Below are positions 10,834 to 21,668 of a stretch of DNA of 64,000 bases, in pieces. The notes under the pieces were generated by a model. It made no database searches, was not told the DNA's origin, and saw only the letters and a list, made by a program, of their open reading frames with translations. The stretch comes from Mycobacterium sp. Lineage in GTDB: Bacteria > Actinomycetota > Actinomycetes > Mycobacteriales > Mycobacteriaceae. The stretch lies in the NCBI RefSeq assembly GCF_025965975.1, contig NZ_JAOPVX010000020.1, one strand, 5' to 3'. Position numbers and translations under genes: made by a program. Position 1 is the first letter of the stretch. The number at the start of each line of letters is the position of its first letter.

Positions 10834-12051
10834 TCAATGCACGCGGTCGCCGCGCCAGTGCAGGACGTCCAGCGCGACAGCCACGTTGACACTGGACTCG
10901 GCGAGCGGCCGGGGCAGGAGTTCGTCGGCGCGGGCGAGCCGGCGCAGCAGCGTGTTGCGATGCGTGTACAGGCGCGCCGCGGCGCGGGAGGCGTTGCACT
11001 GTTCGTCAATGAATGTCGCTACTGTTTCCTGTAACTCCGTGTCGGCGGACTCGAGTCCGCCAAGCGTGTGTTTGACGAACTCGGCGGCGCGGTCGGTGTC
11101 TGCAGTGGTTAGCGCGACGAGTTGGACGTCGGTGAACAGCGCGATCTGCTGTTGTGAACGCAGCCGCGCCATCAGCTGCTGAGTGGTGATCGCGTCGAAG
11201 TGGCTGCGTCGAAATCCGTCGACACCGCTGGCTGTCGGTCCGATCGCGATGCGGACATCTGGCGTCCCGCTGACCGACGGCAGCAATGCGTCGGTGTCAA
11301 CGGTGCCAGGAACCCAGACCCATCGGGTCGCCGTACTGGCCAGCACGATCAGCGGCCGCGCTCCGCCGGCGGCCTGCCCGAAGGCCTCGGCTGCCACGTC
11401 GAGCCGGGCCAGGTGGCCTTTTGGGTCGTCGCTCCATATCACCGCGGCAGTGTGGAGTCCGGTCAACGCGTACCCGAGCCGATTCTCGGCGCGCTGTCGG
11501 GTGATGGGCGCGCCGTCGAGAATCAGTGCGACGGTCTCGCGACGTTCGGCCTGCGTGCCGCGGGTGAGTTCGTCGCGCTCGAGGTCGATCTGGACCGCGA
11601 TGGCCAACAGAGTGGTGTCGACGAACGCGCTGATCGACAGTGAGCACACGTTGAGGAATTCGTGCAACTCCGCCGGGTCGGAGGTCAGTTCGAATGCGAT
11701 GTCCATCAGCCGCCGCCAGGCCACTCCTTCGCCGACGCGGTATGCGTCAAGCGAATACGCGTCGAGTCCCCTGCGGACCAATTCCCGTGCGACGCTCATC
11801 GGTTCGAGTCCGGTGTTCGGAGGCACGAGTGCCCCGGGGTCGCGCACGTTGGCTGTGGCCCAGAAAAACAGGTTGGCCTGGTTGCTGCGGCTCACGGCCG
11901 CCGCGAGTTCCGGGTCCGCCGCGATCGTTGGGCTGGCTCCGAGGACGGCGCTGTCGAGTTCGTCGAGCCACTCCTGGGGTGCGCTGACGATGATCTGCGC
12001 AGCCTGGCGAATCAGATTCCTGACCCGCGTTGGCGGGCGTCTCCAGGTCAT
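10834..12051 (-). CDS. PucR family transcriptional regulator
   Basis: C-terminal HTH NASRAAARLYTHRNTLLRRL; start inferred at ATG 12051. Confidence 0.85.
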   Translation of the reverse strand: MTWRRPPTRVRNLIRQAAQIIVSAPQEWLDELDSAVLGASPTIAADPELAAAVSRSNQANLFFWATANVRDPGALVPPNTGLEPMSVARELVRRGLDAYSLDAYRVGEGVAWRRLMDIAFELTSDPAELHEFLNVCSLSISAFVDTTLLAIAVQIDLERDELTRGTQAERRETVALILDGAPITRQRAENRLGYALTGLHTAAVIWSDDPKGHLARLDVAAEAFGQAAGGARPLIVLASTATRWVWVPGTVDTDALLPSVSGTPDVRIAIGPTASGVDGFRRSHFDAITTQQLMARLRSQQQIALFTDVQLVALTTADTDRAAEFVKHTLGGLESADTELQETVATFIDEQCNASRAAARLYTHRNTLLRRLARADELLPRPLAESSVNVAVALDVLHWRGDRVH

Positions 12052-12070
12052 CGGACCACGATAAACCGAT

Positions 12071-12147
12071 GGTGCAAAATGCACCAAGAGTCGTCAAAAG
12101 TGAGACGATTTGTTCTTGGATGAGTCGTGCCGAGAGGAGACGATTTG
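12071..12147. promoter_or_regulatory. Operator candidates between pucR and the monooxygenase
   Basis: Palindrome GGTGCA-AAA-TGCACC (12071-12085); imperfect direct repeat GAGTCGT...GAGACGATTTG at 12088-12112 and 12122-12147. Confidence 0.5.
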
Positions 12148-12178
12148 CGCATCGCATTAGCCGTCAGGAGTCACCGTC

Positions 12179-13718
12179 ATGGTCCATCCCGCCACCCCTA
12201 GCCACGTCGAGCGTGTCGACGTCTTGATCGTCGGAGCCGGCATCTCCGGCATCGGTGCCGCCTACTACCTGCAAAAGGAACACCCCGGCCGGTCGTACGC
12301 CATCCTTGAGGCACGCGGCGCAACCGGTGGCACGTGGGATCTGTTCCGATATCCCGGGATTCGTTCGGACTCCGATCTGCATACGTTCGGCTACGAGTTC
12401 AAACCCTGGCGCGACGAGGATGCCATCGCGTCGGCGGACAAGATTCTGGCCTACCTGCGCGAAACCGTCGCGGAGAACGGCATTGACGCCAAAATTCGGT
12501 TCCACCACAAGGTTTTGGGCGCGGCGTGGTCGAGTGATGACGCGCGCTGGACGGTCGATGTCGAGCGCTTCGGCACCACGAAGGGCACCGAGGAACTGGT
12601 GCAGGTCAGCGCGAACTGGATCTTCTGCGCTGGCGGGTACTACCGCTACGACCAGGGCTACACCCCGGAATTCCCGGGTCGCGACCGATTCCGCGGTCAG
12701 ATTGTGCACCCACAGCACTGGCCACAGGACCTCGACTACACCGGAAAGAAAGTCGTCGTCATCGGTAGCGGGGCGACAGCCGTCACCCTCGTGCCGGCGA
12801 TGGCCGGCACCGCCACGCACGTGACCATGCTGCAGCGCTCACCGACCTACGTATTACCGGGTGCCTTCGAAGGACACTTTCGCCAACGTGGCGCAGAAGG
12901 TGTTCGGCTCCAGCCGCGGGTACGCGCTGGCCCGCCGCAAGAACATCTTCAAGCAGCATGCGGTGTACCGGTTCAGTCAGAAGTGCCCGGGTGCGGCGCG
13001 ACGGTTGATCCGTCACCTCAACGCCAAGGAGTTGCCGACGGGGTATCCGGTCGACGAGCACTTCAACCCGACCTACAACCCGTGGGATCAGAGGCTGTGC
13101 GCGGTGCCCGATGCCGACCTGTTCAAGGCGATCAGCAGCAGCGGCGCCGCCTCCGTCGCCACCGATCGCATCGCTACCTTCACCGAGACTGGCATCCAGC
13201 TGGAGTCCGGTACGCAGCTGGAGGCCGACATCATCGTCACCGCAACAGGTTTGAACGTCCAGCTGCTCGCCGGTATGTCCATGACCGTGGACGGCGTGCC
13301 TGTACACGCCGGTGACACCGTCGCCTACAAGGGCATGATGCTGTCGGGCGTGCCCAACTTCGCGTTCGCATTCGGGTATACGAACTCGTCCTGGACGCTG
13401 AAGGTCGGATTGCTGTGCGAGCACTTCTGCCGCCTGTTGCGCCACATGGACACGGGAGGCCACGACATCGCGCGTCCGGAGATCGGCGACAGCGGTATCC
13501 AGACCCGGCCCATGTTGGACTTCGCCGCAGGATACGTCCAGCGTGCCCTTGACCGGATCCCGAAGCAGGGCTCGGGGGAGCCGTGGCGAGTATCGATGGA
13601 CTACTACTACGACGTCGAGCAGCTGCGCGAGGGCGCTGTCGACGACCCCAATTTGCACTTCTCGTCCGCGCGGCAGGTTGTTGCCGAAAACCCACGGGCC
13701 GTTGAGCTGACCGCGTGA
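12179..13718 (+). pseudogene. Flavin-containing (EthA/Baeyer-Villiger type) monooxygenase with +1 frameshift
   Basis: GAGISG, GGTWDLFRYPGIRSDSD, HPQHWP, IGSGATA in one frame; continuation (VPSKD..ATG..GMMLSGVPNF) in another; extra G in CCGGGTG at about 12859-12861. Confidence 0.85.
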
Positions 13719-13732
13719 CCTAGCGCCGCTGA

Positions 13733-14572
13733 CTAACCGAACTCGAGCAGCGTCAGCATCGGCCGGACCGGATCCAGCAGCGGGAGCCGTTGTGCCGTCC
13801 AGATCAGGGCGTTGAGCATGTTGCCGCGGCCGGCGGGCATCGGCAGATCGTGCACGGCACGGATGCCCGCCACCGTGGTCACCAGGTTTGCCGCCTGCGA
13901 AACCGACAGGGTGAACGGCATGGCTGGGATCCGGTAGCGCAGCGAGGTGCGCATGCCGCGGCGGGCCAAGGACGCGAACCAGGCCGGCGGCAGGTCGAAC
14001 ATCATCTGCCCGCTGGGAAAGCGTTTGGCGCACTCCGCGATCAGCCGCTGTGCATCGTCGGGCTGCAGGTACATCAGCAGCCCCTCGGCGGTGATGAACA
14101 CACCGTGCTCGGTCTCGACCTGGTCCATCCAGCTGAAGTCGAGCGCCGACTGGGCGCACATCCGCACCCGATCCGAGGCAGGCAGCAGTTTGCGGCGCAG
14201 TTCGATCATCGGCGGGAGATCGACTGTGAGCCATTGGAATTGGTCACCGACGCGTGCGGCGTCGAGGCGGTAGAAGCTGGTCTGCAACCCCTCTGCGAGT
14301 GCGACAACGGTTGCCCTTGGATGGTCGACGAGATAGCGGCGGGTGTTCCTGTCGTATGCGACGGCCCGCACCGCCATGTCCTGACGGCGGGAAAAGCCGA
14401 ACTTCGCGAAGTCGTAGTCGATGGAATCGGCCAGCTGGATCGCCATCGGGTCATCGATGATCGAATCCGGCCTGCGTGCCTCGTTCGCCCGTACCTGCAA
14501 GGTCAGCAACGCGGTCTCGGATACGCCGGTCAACACCGTGCCATCGGCCTTGGCCGTCGGAGTGGAGCTCAT
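13733..14572 (-). CDS. omt: O-methyltransferase (LCM/TcmP family)
   Basis: GVSETALLTL, VVALAEGLQTSFYRL, TAEGLLMYL. Confidence 0.85.
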   Translation of the reverse strand: MSSTPTAKADGTVLTGVSETALLTLQVRANEARRPDSIIDDPMAIQLADSIDYDFAKFGFSRRQDMAVRAVAYDRNTRRYLVDHPRATVVALAEGLQTSFYRLDAARVGDQFQWLTVDLPPMIELRRKLLPASDRVRMCAQSALDFSWMDQVETEHGVFITAEGLLMYLQPDDAQRLIAECAKRFPSGQMMFDLPPAWFASLARRGMRTSLRYRIPAMPFTLSVSQAANLVTTVAGIRAVHDLPMPAGRGNMLNALIWTAQRLPLLDPVRPMLTLLEFG

Positions 14573-15090
14573 CGCAGAACCTTGTCGACAGTGCGCAAAT
14601 TGCGGGTGGTCGTCGAGGACTTGTAGCGCTTCTTGCCCATCGTCTTGCCGATCGTGGTGTCCAGCGTGCCGGTCTTGGGCACCTGCCAGTAGATGACACC
14701 CTTACCGCGTTTGATCTTCTCGTCGGGCCCGGCCTTGGCGCCGAGGGCGGCGAGTTCGTCGAGCACCTCCTCGTCGGTGACGAACGTGACGTAGGAATGG
14801 TGGCCGTCGACCTCGCGCTCGAACGGGAATGCTTTGGATATCGCAGCAACGGCTTCTCTGTCGTAGGTCAGCACCCAGGCGTCATAACCGAACGCGTCAC
14901 GCAACGCCTTTTCGGCCTTCGTCCTGACCGCGTCCACGCCGGAGCGGCTCTCCAGTAGCACGTTGCCGCTGGCCAAAATTGTTCGCACGTTTGTGAATCC
15001 GGCCTCTTCGAACGCCTTGGCCACCTCGGCCATCTTGAGGTTGACGCCGCCGACGTTGACGCCGCGCAGGAATGCTGCGTACCGGGTCAT
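14569..15090 (-). CDS. DUF1697 domain protein
   Basis: MTRYAAFLRGVNVGG, TILASGNVL, TTRNLRT. Confidence 0.88.
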   Translation of the reverse strand: MTRYAAFLRGVNVGGVNLKMAEVAKAFEEAGFTNVRTILASGNVLLESRSGVDAVRTKAEKALRDAFGYDAWVLTYDREAVAAISKAFPFEREVDGHHSYVTFVTDEEVLDELAALGAKAGPDEKIKRGKGVIYWQVPKTGTLDTTIGKTMGKKRYKSSTTTRNLRTVDKVLR

Positions 15091-15226
15091 GCCGTTCATC
15101 GTAGATGCCGATACGGGCCGAAAACTCCTGCGTCTGTTTGCCAAGTCACGCATCGGCAAGGGGGCCGCCTTGTCTGTGCCGTTCGCGGTCATCGAGTCGA
15201 ACCTGGAGTCGAACCTAGAGACGTAG

Positions 15227-15679
<453 letters not shown>

Positions 15680-15721
15680 AAGCACGCGACGGCAACCGGG
15701 GGGCCGCGCTACGCTGCGGTC

Positions 15722-15925
15722 ATGGCATCGGAGGGCAGCGGCGAACCGACCCGGGAAACGGCAAATGCACCGGAGGACGACACCAAACGGAAGTTTCTGG
15801 AAGCACTGGAGCGGAAGAAGGCCAAGGCAGCTGGCAGTTCCGACCCCAAAGACCGCGGAGCCAAGCAACCAAGGGCGCACGGGCCGGTCGAACATCGCCG
15901 GGAGTTCCGCCGCAAGAGCGGTTAG
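15722..15925 (+). CDS. DUF5302-like small protein
   Basis: DDTKRKFLEALERKK...RREFRRKSG. Confidence 0.75.
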   Translation: MASEGSGEPTRETANAPEDDTKRKFLEALERKKAKAAGSSDPKDRGAKQPRAHGPVEHRREFRRKSG

Positions 15926-15928
15926 ACC

Positions 15929-16540
15929 GTGACACCCGAATTCCTGCTGACGACGCTGATCGTGGTGGCGACGCCGGGCGCAGGCGTGCTGTACACCGTC
16001 GCCGCGGGGATTTCGCGTGGCTGGCGGGCCAGCCTGGTGGCAGCCTTCGCCTGCACGCTCGGGATCGTGCCGCACATGGTCGCCGCAGTGACGGGACTGG
16101 CGGCCATCATGCACGCCAGCGCGGTGGCGTTCTCCGTCATCAAGTTGCTGGGTGTCGCATACCTGCTTTACCTGGCGTGGAAGACATTTCGCGATAAATC
16201 GGTATTCGAGGTGCAGACCGGTCCGGCTAAGGTGTCACCGTGGCGGGTGATCGGCTCGGGCGTTCTTGTCAACACGCTGAACCCGAAGCTCACCATCTTC
16301 TTCTTCGCGTTCCTGCCGCAGTTCGTCGCGCCCGACCGTGACGGTGCGGTGCTGTTGATGGTGTGGCTGAGCGCGATCTTCATGGCGGTGACGCTGGTGG
16401 TTTTCAGCGTCTACGGCGTGTTCGCCGCGGCTGTACGGCGCGAGGTGATCTCCCGGCCACGCATCGTCGCGTGGATGCGGCGCAGCTTTGCCGCGACCTA
16501 CATCATCCTCGCAGGCAGGCTCGCGGCGCAGACCCGCTGA
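15929..16540 (+). CDS. LysE family translocator
   Basis: IVVATPGAG, NTLNPKLTIFFFAFLPQF. Confidence 0.9.
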   Translation: MTPEFLLTTLIVVATPGAGVLYTVAAGISRGWRASLVAAFACTLGIVPHMVAAVTGLAAIMHASAVAFSVIKLLGVAYLLYLAWKTFRDKSVFEVQTGPAKVSPWRVIGSGVLVNTLNPKLTIFFFAFLPQFVAPDRDGAVLLMVWLSAIFMAVTLVVFSVYGVFAAAVRREVISRPRIVAWMRRSFAATYIILAGRLAAQTR

Positions 16541-17320
16541 CGGTCGCTGGCCAGCCGGCGCGCTGCGAACAGCGTGATCAGCATCACCGCGACGCAGTAG
16601 AGCCCCTGGTCCTTGAGGCCCCAGCCGACCGACGTCAGCGTCGCGGCGCCTGCGACGCACAGCAGCACACCCACCGTCGCGCTGCGGCCGCCCGGCCGCG
16701 AGACCGCGCCGCCATCCCACAGTGGCAGCGGGTTGTTCTCCAGCGGCCGCAGCGTCACGAACACCACCGCGACCAACGTGCCCATGATCATCAGCTGTAT
16801 CACCGAGAGCACCACAAACCCGGGCGAGCTCGGGTCGAACGGCGGATGGTCGAGGTAGTCGAAAACCAGATGCATGGCCAGCAGTGGCGGGATGTGCCAG
16901 CAGCGGCAATAGCGAACGCTCACATCATGATTGCGTGCCCCGCGAGTAGCAGCGACGGCGGTGTCATGTTCTTCAGCTGCTGAGTCTCGATGCCGACCAG
17001 GCTCAGCTCGTAGGGTCCGAGCACCACCAGCGCGACGTTGACCACGAGCATCACCACAACCAGCATGCCGCGACGCCTGCGAAGAAGAACAGCGGCATGA
17101 TCTGGAACACCCAGGTCAACGCCTGGAACACCGGCGACGCGGTGAGCAGGTTGCGCCAGATGAATGCGCCGTCGCGCAGTGTGCTGGTGGCGATGATGGT
17201 GTGTCCGACCACGACGGCGACCAGCGACACGATACGGATGACGTCGATGGCCCGATCGCGGGTCGCCGGCGTGCTCGCCTCGACCTCGGCCGGGCTGGGA
17301 AACAGTGCGGCAACTGTCAT
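16498..17320 (-). pseudogene. Acyltransferase-3 family membrane acyltransferase, fragmented
   Basis: Three frames: RDRAIDVIR..QIMPLFFFAG; GPYELSLVG..NMTPPSLLLAGHAIMM*; WHIPPLLAMHLVFD. Two deletion/frameshift junctions plus a TGA at 16920-16922. Confidence 0.8.
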
Positions 17321-17377
17321 GCCGCAACGGTAAGCCAGGACCGCCTAGGTAAAAGCACTCAATTTCGGGCGGTGGGA

Positions 17378-18490
17378 TCAGTCCACAGTGGTGGGCGCGT
17401 CGGACACCTTCACCAACTGCACGTCGGGCCGGGCAGGAACCTGGTCGGCGAGGAACCACCTGAACGCGAGATTGCCGCGCGGATAGTCTAGCGTGGTCAG
17501 GGAATTCGGGTGCGCTGTGATCCCACGGGAGATGACGACCGTGACGGAACCGTCGGCGTTCAGCACGGCGCTGTGGCCGTTGACCGAGCTGCGGGCGTCG
17601 TTGACGTTGTGGGTGGCCATGAACTGGTTCCACACCACCAGGTTCCAGAACCTGCATTTGGGCGGCCGGTGCGTGATCACCAGCGCCTCGTCGTCGTCCA
17701 GTACGAAACTGCCGTACGCATAGCAGGCATCGCGGGCGGACCAGCCGAAATTGGCGTCCGGCACTTGGTATGGGTCGGCGAATTGGTTTGCGGCTTGGGA
17801 GATCTCGTGTCCGAGTGTGTGCGCGTCGTCGACGCGCGCGCCGACGGCCAGCGGCACGATCGCGAACATGGTGCGCAGCCATGCGGCGCTGGCCCGCAGG
17901 GCGGCCGCGGTCTCGGAGTCCCCGTGCCGCACTGGCTCGGGCTCGTCGAGCGCCTCGATGCGCCAGCTGACGGGTCGGCCGGTGAGCGGATCGGCCTGGT
18001 AGTCACGGGTCATCAGCACCGCCGCGTCGGGCGTCGGCGCCAGCTCGAACGAGAAGTTGCCCGCTTCGTCGATGTCGAGATCGTCGTCGCGCACGATCGC
18101 CACGATCCGGTCGGACCATGTGCCTGGCGACGGTTCGTTGTACGCGGTCACCGAGAAGTACACGCTGTCACCCCTATTGCCGCTGATGCGATAGCGGCGC
18201 TTCGGATCCACCGGGCACATGTGGTAGTAGGCGTCGGTGTTGTCGCCGCCCCATCGCCGGTCCCGTCGGAACGGCGTATTGACCTCAACGAACATCGGCC
18301 GGCTTGGCTCGGCGAACAGGTAGGTGTCCAGGGCAACGCCCAGCGTCGTCGCGAGCATGCGGTAGCCGTCGGCGATATGCCGGTCGTCGGTGACCGCCCG
18401 ATCGCCCTCGAGGAACGAGCTGTCAAGGGAGCCGAGGGTGTCGAGCAGCTCGTGCCAGGCGACGGTGGATTCGTGTTTGTAATCGGTCAT
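17378..18490 (-). CDS. DUF1214-domain protein (Rv3531c-like)
   Basis: WGGDNTDAYY, YRISGNRGDSVYFS, PPKCRFWNL, DGSVTVVIS. Confidence 0.75.
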   Translation of the reverse strand: MTDYKHESTVAWHELLDTLGSLDSSFLEGDRAVTDDRHIADGYRMLATTLGVALDTYLFAEPSRPMFVEVNTPFRRDRRWGGDNTDAYYHMCPVDPKRRYRISGNRGDSVYFSVTAYNEPSPGTWSDRIVAIVRDDDLDIDEAGNFSFELAPTPDAAVLMTRDYQADPLTGRPVSWRIEALDEPEPVRHGDSETAAALRASAAWLRTMFAIVPLAVGARVDDAHTLGHEISQAANQFADPYQVPDANFGWSARDACYAYGSFVLDDDEALVITHRPPKCRFWNLVVWNQFMATHNVNDARSSVNGHSAVLNADGSVTVVISRGITAHPNSLTTLDYPRGNLAFRWFLADQVPARPDVQLVKVSDAPTTVD

Positions 18491-19062
18491 GCACCAATTC
18501 CTTTCAGGATCAAGGTGGCCGTGCGCTCGACCCAGGCGTCGTCGAGTACCGCGCCGCGGGTGAGCAGCGCGAGGAAGGTAATGCCGCCGAGGGCCTCCGC
18601 CAGGTCGGCCGCGGCGACGTCCGGTCGAACGTCACCGCGGGCCGCGGCATCGGCCAGCCGCTCGGAGAGTCCGCGGGCCAGGATGTCGCCGAATCGCTCG
18701 AGGAGCGCGGCGTGCAGGGTCAGGTCCGCGGCCAGCTCACCGATCAGGCCGGGCAGCGCCGTCCGCGCGGCGGGGGTGGTCAGCACCGTCACCGTGCGGC
18801 GCACCATCTCGCGCACATCACCGGCAAGCGATCCGGTGTCGGGAAGGTCGGTGGCATCGCTGAGCGGGAAGACCGCCTCGTGCACCAGGTGCGCCTTGCT
18901 CGGCCAGCGCCGGTAGATCGCGGGCTTGCTGGTGCCTGCCCGCCGGGCGATCGCATCGACCGAGAGTTCGGCGTAGCCCATCTCGCCGAGCAGGTCGACC
19001 GTCGAGCGGAGCACCGCGCTATCGATGCGTGGATCGCGAGGTCGGCCAATGTCTGTCCTCAT
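18487..19062 (-). CDS. TetR/AcrR family regulator
   Basis: GRPRDPRID, LSVDAIARRAGTSKPAIYRRW. Confidence 0.9.
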   Translation of the reverse strand: MRTDIGRPRDPRIDSAVLRSTVDLLGEMGYAELSVDAIARRAGTSKPAIYRRWPSKAHLVHEAVFPLSDATDLPDTGSLAGDVREMVRRTVTVLTTPAARTALPGLIGELAADLTLHAALLERFGDILARGLSERLADAAARGDVRPDVAAADLAEALGGITFLALLTRGAVLDDAWVERTATLILKGIGA

Positions 19063-19090
19063 TACGAAACTCAGAGTAACATAAGTCGCT

Positions 19091-20365
19091 GTGACCGACG
19101 CCACAGCAGATCTTGTCTATCTTGACGACCTCGCCGAGCCCCGGTTCAGCCAGGAGGCCGAGCAGATCCGCGACATGATGGCCGCGCTGGCGGCCGACTG
19201 CCCGCTCGATTCGGATGCGCTGCACGCGAGAGCGATTGCGGATACGGGCCTCGGCGACTTCGGGCCCGACGACTACCGGGAACGACTCGACGTTTTCCTC
19301 GCGGCGCTGCACGACATCGACGGCATGCACCGGCCGGGCATCGTGAACTTCTTCGGCCAGCTGTCGCAGTGGCTCAAGAACCGCCTGCTGCTCACCGACC
19401 TGTTGACGCGCCACCCCGAGATCCACGACATCGAACTGCTGCCACCGGTGGTCATCGCGGGACTGCCGCGCACGGGCACCACGCATCTGCACAATCTGCT
19501 CGGTGCGGCATCATCTGATGGTCGGCTGTCGTCTCATGGAACCTTCCGCACGCTGCCGTACTGGGAGAGCTTCGAACCGTTCCCCCTCCCCGCGGAGGTG
19601 GGAGTCGAGCCCGACCCCCGCGCGGCCCGCATGGACGTAGCGGTCACCGTGATGAACACCCTCATGCCGCACTTCGCGCTCATGCATGAGATGACGACCG
19701 AGCACGTCCATGAGGAGATCCAGCTACTGGCCAATGATGTCTCCACGATGTTCATGGAGACCCTCGCGCACGTGCCGCGGTGGCGCGACTACTACCTGGC
19801 GCACGACCAGACATCGACCTACGAGTACCTGGCGACCCAGCTCAAGGCGCTGCAGTTCCTTCGCGGCGGCACGCGGTGGCTGCTCAAGTCCCCTCAGCAC
19901 CTCGAGCAGCTCCCGGTGCTCGACCGGGTGTTCCCCGGCGCGGCCGTCGTGTGTACCCATCGCGACCCGGTGCCGGTGGCCCTCTCGATGGTCGCGATGC
20001 TCACGTACTCCGCGCGCATGCACCGGTCCCCGGTGCCGGTGGAGGAGATCGCCGCCGCATGGATCGACCGACTCGAATTGATGCTCGCCGCGCTAACCCG
20101 TGATCGCGGCGCCGTCGCACCCGAGCGCTCGATCGACGTGCGCTTCGACGACTTCATGGCCGACGAATTCGGTGTCGCCGAACAGGTTTACGGCCTGATC
20201 GGTGAGCCAATGACCGAGGACGCGCGTACCGCGATGGCCAACTATCTGGCCGGCCACCAGCGTGGCCGACTCGGCCGGGTGGTGACGTCGTGCGAGATGT
20301 TCGGACTCAACGAGGACGAGCTGCACGCGCGCTTTGCGCCGTACGTCAGCAGATTCTTGTCCTAG
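19091..20365 (+). CDS. Sulfotransferase family protein (Sulfotransfer_3)
   Basis: 5'-PAPS loop GLPRTGTTHLH; WLLKSPQH; 3'-PB motif HRDP. Confidence 0.88.
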   Translation: MTDATADLVYLDDLAEPRFSQEAEQIRDMMAALAADCPLDSDALHARAIADTGLGDFGPDDYRERLDVFLAALHDIDGMHRPGIVNFFGQLSQWLKNRLLLTDLLTRHPEIHDIELLPPVVIAGLPRTGTTHLHNLLGAASSDGRLSSHGTFRTLPYWESFEPFPLPAEVGVEPDPRAARMDVAVTVMNTLMPHFALMHEMTTEHVHEEIQLLANDVSTMFMETLAHVPRWRDYYLAHDQTSTYEYLATQLKALQFLRGGTRWLLKSPQHLEQLPVLDRVFPGAAVVCTHRDPVPVALSMVAMLTYSARMHRSPVPVEEIAAAWIDRLELMLAALTRDRGAVAPERSIDVRFDDFMADEFGVAEQVYGLIGEPMTEDARTAMANYLAGHQRGRLGRVVTSCEMFGLNEDELHARFAPYVSRFLS

Positions 20366-20368
20366 CTA

Positions 20369-21568
20369 TCACACGGCGACCGCGCTGCGGGACTGGCGCG
20401 CTTCCTGCACCAGAATCGCTACCAGGCAGATGGTCGACAGGATCGCGACGGCGACCGCGAAAGTCACACCGGCCGTTTGCAAACCCCACTGCCGGGCCGC
20501 TAGGCCCTCGCCGACCACCGGCAATGAGATCGCCACATAGGCGACGACGAAGTAGGTGGAGCTGACCTCGGCTCGGCGGTCGGCGGGCGTGCGTTCGGCG
20601 ACCGCGGCCAGACCGCGGCTAAAGCTGATCCCCTGTCCGATGCCCGACACCACCGTGGCGGCGATGAGCCCGGCCAACGACGAAAGCTGCAGCGCCACAG
20701 CGAGAATCACCATGCCCGCCACGAGGATCGCGCACCCGATCGCGACGGCCCGTTGCGGGTTCATCTTGGCGCCAGCCACCTGCGCGAGCGCCGACGACGC
20801 GAATATCGAGCAGGCGATCAGCCCGGCGACCGCGTGATTGTCGATCCCGACGACATTGGCCAGAAACGACGGCGCCACCGCAGTGAACAGGCCCGTCACT
20901 GCGAAGCCCGCGAACGCGGCAAGGCCCGCAATGATGAACACCGTGCGGACCTCGACGGGCACCGACAGCCGCTGCACACCGATGCTGCCGGTGCGCGCCG
21001 AGGTTTCTGGGACGATCAGCACCGCCGCACCGGCCAGCAGCGCCAGCACGATGTGCACGACGAAACTGAGGTGTAGTGGCGCCGGCGCGTATTCGACCAG
21101 CAAACCGGCCAGCAGTGGCCCGATGCCCAGCCCGCCGATGTTGGCGACCGTCGCGACCGCGGCGGCCCTGGTGTGCCACTTTTCCGGCGCCGCCTCGATG
21201 ACGGCCGCGGTAGCGGTGCCGGTGAAGATGCCCGCGGACAGTCCCGACAAGACGCGCCCGACCAACAACAGCGATACCGAGTCGGCGGCGAGGAACACGG
21301 CCGCGCTCGCCAGCGCGAACACCACGCCGGCCAGCAGCACGGGCCGTCGGCCGATTGCGTCGGACCACCGCCCGAATGCCAACAGCGCGAACAGCACGCC
21401 GCCCGCATACGTCGCATAGATCACCGTGGTGGTCAGCACCGCAAAATGCATCTGCTGGGCGTAGAGGGCGTACATCGGCGTCGGCAGCGTGGTGCCGACC
21501 ATGATGGCCGCGAAGGCATACGCGACTAGACCGAACGCTAGGCGCGTCTTCGTCGAGGTTTCGGGCAC
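20369..21568 (-). CDS. MFS transporter
   Basis: About 12 TM segments; motif A GRWSDAIGRRPVL. Confidence 0.9.
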   Translation of the reverse strand: MPETSTKTRLAFGLVAYAFAAIMVGTTLPTPMYALYAQQMHFAVLTTTVIYATYAGGVLFALLAFGRWSDAIGRRPVLLAGVVFALASAAVFLAADSVSLLLVGRVLSGLSAGIFTGTATAAVIEAAPEKWHTRAAAVATVANIGGLGIGPLLAGLLVEYAPAPLHLSFVVHIVLALLAGAAVLIVPETSARTGSIGVQRLSVPVEVRTVFIIAGLAAFAGFAVTGLFTAVAPSFLANVVGIDNHAVAGLIACSIFASSALAQVAGAKMNPQRAVAIGCAILVAGMVILAVALQLSSLAGLIAATVVSGIGQGISFSRGLAAVAERTPADRRAEVSSTYFVVAYVAISLPVVGEGLAARQWGLQTAGVTFAVAVAILSTICLVAILVQEARQSRSAVAV

Positions 21569-21668
21569 GTTGAAGAATAGCGAGCAGGCCTGGACCCTTA
21601 TTCCAACCCGGCGAGCCGGGCAATGCGCACCGCTCAGTGCGCGCCGACCCGCGATCTAGACTGGCCAG

